A stretch of 64,000 nucleotides of DNA from a virus: IMG/VR virus record IMGVR_UViG_3300034524_000084, positions 1-64,000 of that record; one strand, written 5' to 3'. A program made the translations under genes and the position numbers. The notes beneath the pieces are model-generated. The model searched no databases. It saw only the letters and a list, made by a program, of their open reading frames with translations, and was not told where the DNA came from. Each line of letters begins with the position of its first letter. The stretch's first letter is position 1. Below, piece after piece: positions 59,291-64,000 of the stretch.

Positions 59291-60019
59291 TCAAGTAATA
59301 ATATTTTTAATTTGATTTATTTGATTTGCTAATTTGTCTCTTTCTGCTCTTACTTGGTTATAATTGTTTATTAAATCATTATAATCTTTTCTTAGTTGTT
59401 CGTAGTTAGCTTTAAGTTGATTATATTCAGTTAAAGATATTACCTGTGGTTGTTGAGGTTGTGGAGAGGGTTGAGATACTGTTTGTAAACCCAATGCCTT
59501 TTTCAGAGCATCCGCAATAGCTTTAGCTAATTCATCTAAAAAATTTTCATCTGCCAAAAATTTAGCATCACCAGGATTGTTTATAAATAAATTTTCTATA
59601 ACAATAGCAGGCATTTTCGTTTTATTAAGCACATAAAAATTAGCTTGCTTAAATCCTCTATCAATTAACCCTTTGGAAACATAAAATTTCGCTAAACTAT
59701 CATGGATTTTTTTACCTAAATCAATAGACTTTTGAGAAGCTTTTGTAGAAATATAACTTTCGAAGCCTGTTGCTAATACATTTGCACTGTTTATATGAAT
59801 ACTAATAAAATAATCTGCATTTGCTTTGTTTGCTATATCGCACCTTTCTTGAAGAGACACTGTTTTATCTGTGTCTCTTGTGAGAATCACATCGCATGAG
59901 CCTTTTAATAAGTCTCTTATTTTTAAGGCAAGTTTAAGAGTTATATCTTTTTCCTTGAGCCCATTTCCTGTTGCGCCAGGGTCATAACCGCCATGTCCTG
60001 GATCTAATATTAATTTCAT
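59291..60019 (-). CDS. Endolysin, N-acetylmuramoyl-L-alanine amidase (Amidase_3)
   Basis: LDPGHGG.DPGA, EKD, ISIHINS, PAIVIEN.FI; C-terminal coiled coil. Confidence 0.93.
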   Translation of the reverse strand: MKLILDPGHGGYDPGATGNGLKEKDITLKLALKIRDLLKGSCDVILTRDTDKTVSLQERCDIANKANADYFISIHINSANVLATGFESYISTKASQKSIDLGKKIHDSLAKFYVSKGLIDRGFKQANFYVLNKTKMPAIVIENLFINNPGDAKFLADENFLDELAKAIADALKKALGLQTVSQPSPQPQQPQVISLTEYNQLKANYEQLRKDYNDLINNYNQVRAERDKLANQINQIKNIIT

Positions 60020-60024
60020 ACATA

Positions 60025-60240
60025 TTACCTCCCAATCATTAAATTAACTACAAGTATAACTAAAGAAGTAATAACGCCTCCCATTAAAGCTATGAGCCAT
60101 GTGTATATGCCGTCCACTTTTTGTTCAAGGTTTTGTAAGCTACCGTTTTGTTTTGACTGCCATTCCTCCAATTTTTTTAATCTTTCATCATGTTTACCTA
60201 ATAGTACCTCCATGTCATTCACCTTCTCCTCTAAATTCAT
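60025..60240 (-). CDS. XhlA-like haemolysin/holin accessory protein
   Basis: MNLEEKV...HDERLKKLE coiled coil plus C-terminal TM segment; RBS supports a start at 60240. Confidence 0.75.
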   Translation of the reverse strand: MNLEEKVNDMEVLLGKHDERLKKLEEWQSKQNGSLQNLEQKVDGIYTWLIALMGGVITSLVILVVNLMIGR

Positions 60241-60318
60241 AGTACATACCCCTTTCTGCCAAAAAGAATACAATAAGAAAAGAGTAGGTGATAACCCTAC
60301 TCTTTTTGACAATAATAT

Positions 60319-60552
60319 TTATTCGTTCTCTGCTTCTTCGTTAGGTACTGTCTTTTGTTCTACTTCTTCCTTCTCCTGTTTTGAATATTGCACCAACTCT
60401 TGTCGATATACTCTTTCGTATTCCTGGTCCAGTAATCGCTTCAGTTCATCTACAACGGGCTTGACAAGTGCTATATGCAAGGATGCCTCGTTAATTTTAT
60501 TTATCAAGTCTTGCTTTAACTGCTCTACGGCAACCGTTAATGGCTTATTCAT
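60319..60552 (-). CDS. Hypothetical tail-region protein
   Basis: Translationally coupled ORF. Confidence 0.65.
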   Translation of the reverse strand: MNKPLTVAVEQLKQDLINKINEASLHIALVKPVVDELKRLLDQEYERVYRQELVQYSKQEKEEVEQKTVPNEEAENE

Positions 60553-60836
60553 TTTTTAGCCCCCTTTTGCTTAATTTTAATAGAAGTAACCTTAAGGTTA
60601 GCTTTTTTAACCTTATTGGGTGTTACAACACTCTCTACCAAATTGTTGTAATTATTGAACTCTTCACCTAAATCTATGTTCAGCGCTGTTGCTAGTCTAA
60701 CTACTGCTTGTCGCAAAAGCTTTAGTTCGTCCTCTAGTTCATATTTACGCCTAATTGACTCTTTTGTTTCGTTGTCTATTACTTTTGTACGTTCTTCCGC
60801 TGAATATCCTTGTTCTATCACTCTAACTTTTCCCAC
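60549..60836 (-). CDS. Hypothetical tail-fibre-associated protein
   Basis: IRRKY..EDELKLLR...EFNNYN. Confidence 0.65.
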   Translation of the reverse strand: MGKVRVIEQGYSAEERTKVIDNETKESIRRKYELEDELKLLRQAVVRLATALNIDLGEEFNNYNNLVESVVTPNKVKKANLKVTSIKIKQKGAKK

Positions 60837-61273
60837 TGCACTTCACCGTCCTCTCCAAACGGAGTCGAATACTCTCCATCAAACCGTCTGGTGTATATTG
60901 GCAGTTCACGTAAATCGGCACAGTTAGGCGGTATATAAAAGTTACATAGTGTTAAAACAACATTTTCCACTTCGGGAGGGTGTGTATAATTCCGACCACG
61001 TACAACTACAACAGGTTCCTTTGGGTCGTCTTTTAGGTAAATTCGTACATTTTGTTCTACATCCTCTATAGGAAACTCTATTTTGGTTTCTGGGAATATT
61101 GTTCCTTTCCAGACTCCTTTGCCAATCACTAAAGCCATAGGGTTATCGAGGGAATGAGAAATGTGGAATCCAATATCTCCACAGTCCCTTTTAATGTAAC
61201 GCACATAAATCAAAATTATACACCTCCAACCGCAATTGCTCTTACATATCCCGTTGCTGTGCCTGCCATACAC
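60818..61273 (-). CDS. Hypothetical tail-region protein
   Basis: ORF downstream of the tail fibre; true start probably near 61213. Confidence 0.6.
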   Translation of the reverse strand: MYGRHSNGICKSNCGWRCIILIYVRYIKRDCGDIGFHISHSLDNPMALVIGKGVWKGTIFPETKIEFPIEDVEQNVRIYLKDDPKEPVVVVRGRNYTHPPEVENVVLTLCNFYIPPNCADLRELPIYTRRFDGEYSTPFGEDGEVQWEKLE

Positions 61274-63876
61274 ACCTCACAGGACGATGCAGTTACATTG
61301 CGTACTTTAGTTCCTAAATTATTATCATCTCTGTGAATGACAATTGGCGTAGATGCAAAATCTGGATAGTCCCATGTTACCCATGCTCCAGAAGCAGAGT
61401 ATTTGGATGTCGAGGCTATGGCAGGGTTTGTATACGAGTCTGTTGATTTTACTGCCTTGCCAGACGACGTCCCAGCCCTTAATGTAATCTGCCCCGATAC
61501 TGTACCACCCGATGTTAGCAAAAAACTAGAAGCGTGATATCCATCTAATAAATCAGCATCTAAACCGCTACCTGCACCATCGTTGCCTGCATGCCAGACG
61601 GTGTTGTTGTTAATCTTTACTCCATTATTGCTTGGCGTTTTGATATGAACAATATCGCTTGCGTCATTAGTCACCTGAATAATAAGTTCCTGATTTTCAC
61701 CACCACTAGGGTTTTGTAACGTAATACTGGCAGTATCTCCAGAACCTCCAAAAGCATCATTTGGAAATGCAATACCTCCACTAGGTCCAGCGGGTACTAT
61801 AAGTCTTCCCGTCATCGTATCCCCTGCTTTGTTGACAAAACTACTTGCATGTAACCCATCTAACAAATCAGCATCTAAACCAGACCCATGACCGTCATTA
61901 TTTTCACTCCAAACTTTTCGCCATGGGCCAAACACATCGGTTCCTACATCTCTTGCTGAACGTATATATAAATATGCTTCGCCACCATCACTACCTGGCC
62001 ACGCTTGTAAAATCTGTACACATGAGTTACCAGTTGTACCTTTATAAGAAAAAATTGTTCCGTAAGATACTGGATAACCATTGTTATATACAATCCCAGC
62101 AACAAAACCTACAGGCCATGCTGATGGTGGTGCGGATGATGGTATATTAATTTTGGCGATTAAACTAGGAACAGTCAAAGTGCCCGCTATATATACATCT
62201 CCCCCTACATCCAAAACACCTTGCTCCCATATCTTTCCTATACCTACACCTTGTTTTCCCCACGACATTGTCACAACGCCTGTAGAAACCTCTTTTGTCG
62301 ATGTAACCGAATAAAATTTATCTACTAGCCTTAGTCTTACGTCATAGCTAGAAGTAATATCATATCCACTATATACCTTTGTTCCGCTAAATGAAGAACC
62401 AACGCTAAATGATTCTTTTGTTGTCCAAGTACCAGAGGTTTTAGGTTTAGTTTCAATATATAAAGTTGCAGTGTTTTTGCTATTAAGGGTAGAAAAACTT
62501 CCTCCATAAGTTACTTTTATATAAGTTCCCATATTATTGTCGGTTCCATCAGAATTGCACCTTTTTACAGTAAAACTTGTAATTGTAGGAGAACTATATG
62601 CCAGTACAGTAACGTTTACAGTTTTGGTTTTAGTCCTTCCTCGGCTATCAGTGACTGTAGCACTAATAGTTCTTGTGCCAGAATTGGTTATAGTATTGGT
62701 AGTGGCACTTTGAGCATTATAATTTATACCATCGTATGTGATTTTGTATGAGGTAATTGTGCTTCCATACGCTCCTGTTGCTCCTACAATGGAAATATTT
62801 ATTTTGGATAGATTTTGTGCATATACTCCACTACCTAATCCTAAAGCAGCTACAGCACTATTGGCTTCGGAATGAGAAATATTTGTAAAATCTGGTACTA
62901 CACTATCAGGTACTATAGTTGTTAAACTTGCACTCTTGGTACCTACTAGAGCCGTACCATTGTAAGTGTCGATATAAATAGTGCCTGTGGTTGAAGTACT
63001 GTTAGGGATATAATTCATAAAATTATTTGGAACTGTCCACTGATAGCTCGTTGAGGTGGTTTGAGAAACAATTGTACCAGTATTGTTGTTCCAATTGTAC
63101 CTGATGGTATGAGTGAGCTTTGAGTGTGCTCTGCTGATATTGATAGTCACTGAGCTACCATAGTTTACTGAACCAGCACTCAAGCTCACCGAACTGACAG
63201 GAATCGCCAAAGTAAGGGTGGTAGACTTCGTACCTACTAAAGTACTTCCTGAATACGTATCACAATAAATCGTGCATGTGGCACTGGCTGCATTGGATAA
63301 CCCAGCAATTAAACTTGTGGGAACTGTCCATGTGTAACTAGTACCAACATCAGTTGCTATAGTACCGCTTTGTCCAGCTACGCTGTACCGTAGTGTATGC
63401 GTGAAACTCGACGAATACCGACTTATATTTATCGTTACACTCTTACCAAATTCTACGTTGCTAGAACTCACGGATACGGAGCTTGTGCGTGGTATAGTGT
63501 CCAATGTGGTGCTCCACGATTGACTGGACGAACTAAACCTGTCGTGTCTTATATATGCTGATATATTTAAAGTTTTATTACCATCTGCGTTATGTGTTAT
63601 ATCCAAAGTCCGACTAAATACTACAGTATAACTATTATATGTGAACTTATGGTCAGGAGTTATTGAAGATGTATATTGAGTTCCATCAATTGTCACGTAA
63701 CACGTTCCACTACCGTACGTGGTATATCCAGTATTTGTTCTCCATACTTGTATTTCAACCGTTACATTAGACGTATTGTTAGTAACATTCTGAGAATTAA
63801 GTGTTAATTTTACACGATATTTTACATATTGATTGCTGGTATCCATAGTTTGAGAATACCGGGTCCATATGGCCAT
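61216..63876 (-). CDS. Siphophage minor tail/tail-fibre protein (DUF859-like)
   Basis: S/T-rich beta repeats, IPRTS, VTDSRGR, duplicated NDG.GSGLDADLLDG.HAS fibre motif. Confidence 0.85.
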   Translation of the reverse strand: MAIWTRYSQTMDTSNQYVKYRVKLTLNSQNVTNNTSNVTVEIQVWRTNTGYTTYGSGTCYVTIDGTQYTSSITPDHKFTYNSYTVVFSRTLDITHNADGNKTLNISAYIRHDRFSSSSQSWSTTLDTIPRTSSVSVSSSNVEFGKSVTINISRYSSSFTHTLRYSVAGQSGTIATDVGTSYTWTVPTSLIAGLSNAASATCTIYCDTYSGSTLVGTKSTTLTLAIPVSSVSLSAGSVNYGSSVTINISRAHSKLTHTIRYNWNNNTGTIVSQTTSTSYQWTVPNNFMNYIPNSTSTTGTIYIDTYNGTALVGTKSASLTTIVPDSVVPDFTNISHSEANSAVAALGLGSGVYAQNLSKINISIVGATGAYGSTITSYKITYDGINYNAQSATTNTITNSGTRTISATVTDSRGRTKTKTVNVTVLAYSSPTITSFTVKRCNSDGTDNNMGTYIKVTYGGSFSTLNSKNTATLYIETKPKTSGTWTTKESFSVGSSFSGTKVYSGYDITSSYDVRLRLVDKFYSVTSTKEVSTGVVTMSWGKQGVGIGKIWEQGVLDVGGDVYIAGTLTVPSLIAKINIPSSAPPSAWPVGFVAGIVYNNGYPVSYGTIFSYKGTTGNSCVQILQAWPGSDGGEAYLYIRSARDVGTDVFGPWRKVWSENNDGHGSGLDADLLDGLHASSFVNKAGDTMTGRLIVPAGPSGGIAFPNDAFGGSGDTASITLQNPSGGENQELIIQVTNDASDIVHIKTPSNNGVKINNNTVWHAGNDGAGSGLDADLLDGYHASSFLLTSGGTVSGQITLRAGTSSGKAVKSTDSYTNPAIASTSKYSASGAWVTWDYPDFASTPIVIHRDDNNLGTKVRNVTASSCEVCMAGTATGYVRAIAVGGV

Positions 63877-64000
63877 AATTCATCCCTCCACTTTTAACCT
63901 ACCCAGCGAACTAATGTTATGGTGTCATCATACTTCTCAATTAAATGGTTACCAACTTTAATGCTATTCAAAATTTCAGCCTCAGTGATATACATCTTTT

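Noticed and set aside
61500-61900. Diversity-generating retroelement TR/VR pair in the tail fibre
   Set aside because: The duplication is the common GSGLDADLLDG fibre motif, differences are not adenine-specific, and no reverse transcriptase is present in the window.

Overview
This is a very AT-rich 64-kb section of a large temperate phage of a Bacillota (probably clostridial) host, with SPbeta-like organisation. It appears to be the excised form: an attP core matching the 3' half of tRNA-Gln(TTG) sits between xis and int, with phage genes on both sides. From left to right: a tyrosine recombinase; a 2.9-kb non-coding region with origin-like repeats; an early region of small single-gene cassettes, each with its own sigmaA promoter and saturated with a one-strand ATAACAG motif; dnaN, antirepressors, an orphan MazF, YopQ/YopR-like genes and a cI/LexA-like repressor; replication genes (Sak4-like ATPase, ssb, dnaB, dnaG, Cas4-like nuclease, dnaE); a DNA-modification cluster; nucleotide metabolism (thyX-like, nrdJ carrying both an intein and a group I intron, dut); rtcB, ruvC, xis-attP-int and an IS1341-type tnpB element; then lysis and tail genes on the minus strand. 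Two systems stand out. (1) A TROVE/Ro60-like vWA gene (DUF2828-like) is flanked by five structured RNA repeats that share a CAGC-containing motif; three of them display tRNA anticodon stem-loops (His, Asn, Ser). (2) A complete compact Cas12f1 locus: nuclease, predicted tracrRNA and a 4-repeat array, with no cas1/cas2. Both sit behind nearly identical promoter cassettes. All calls come from motif recognition by eye; no database searches were run.
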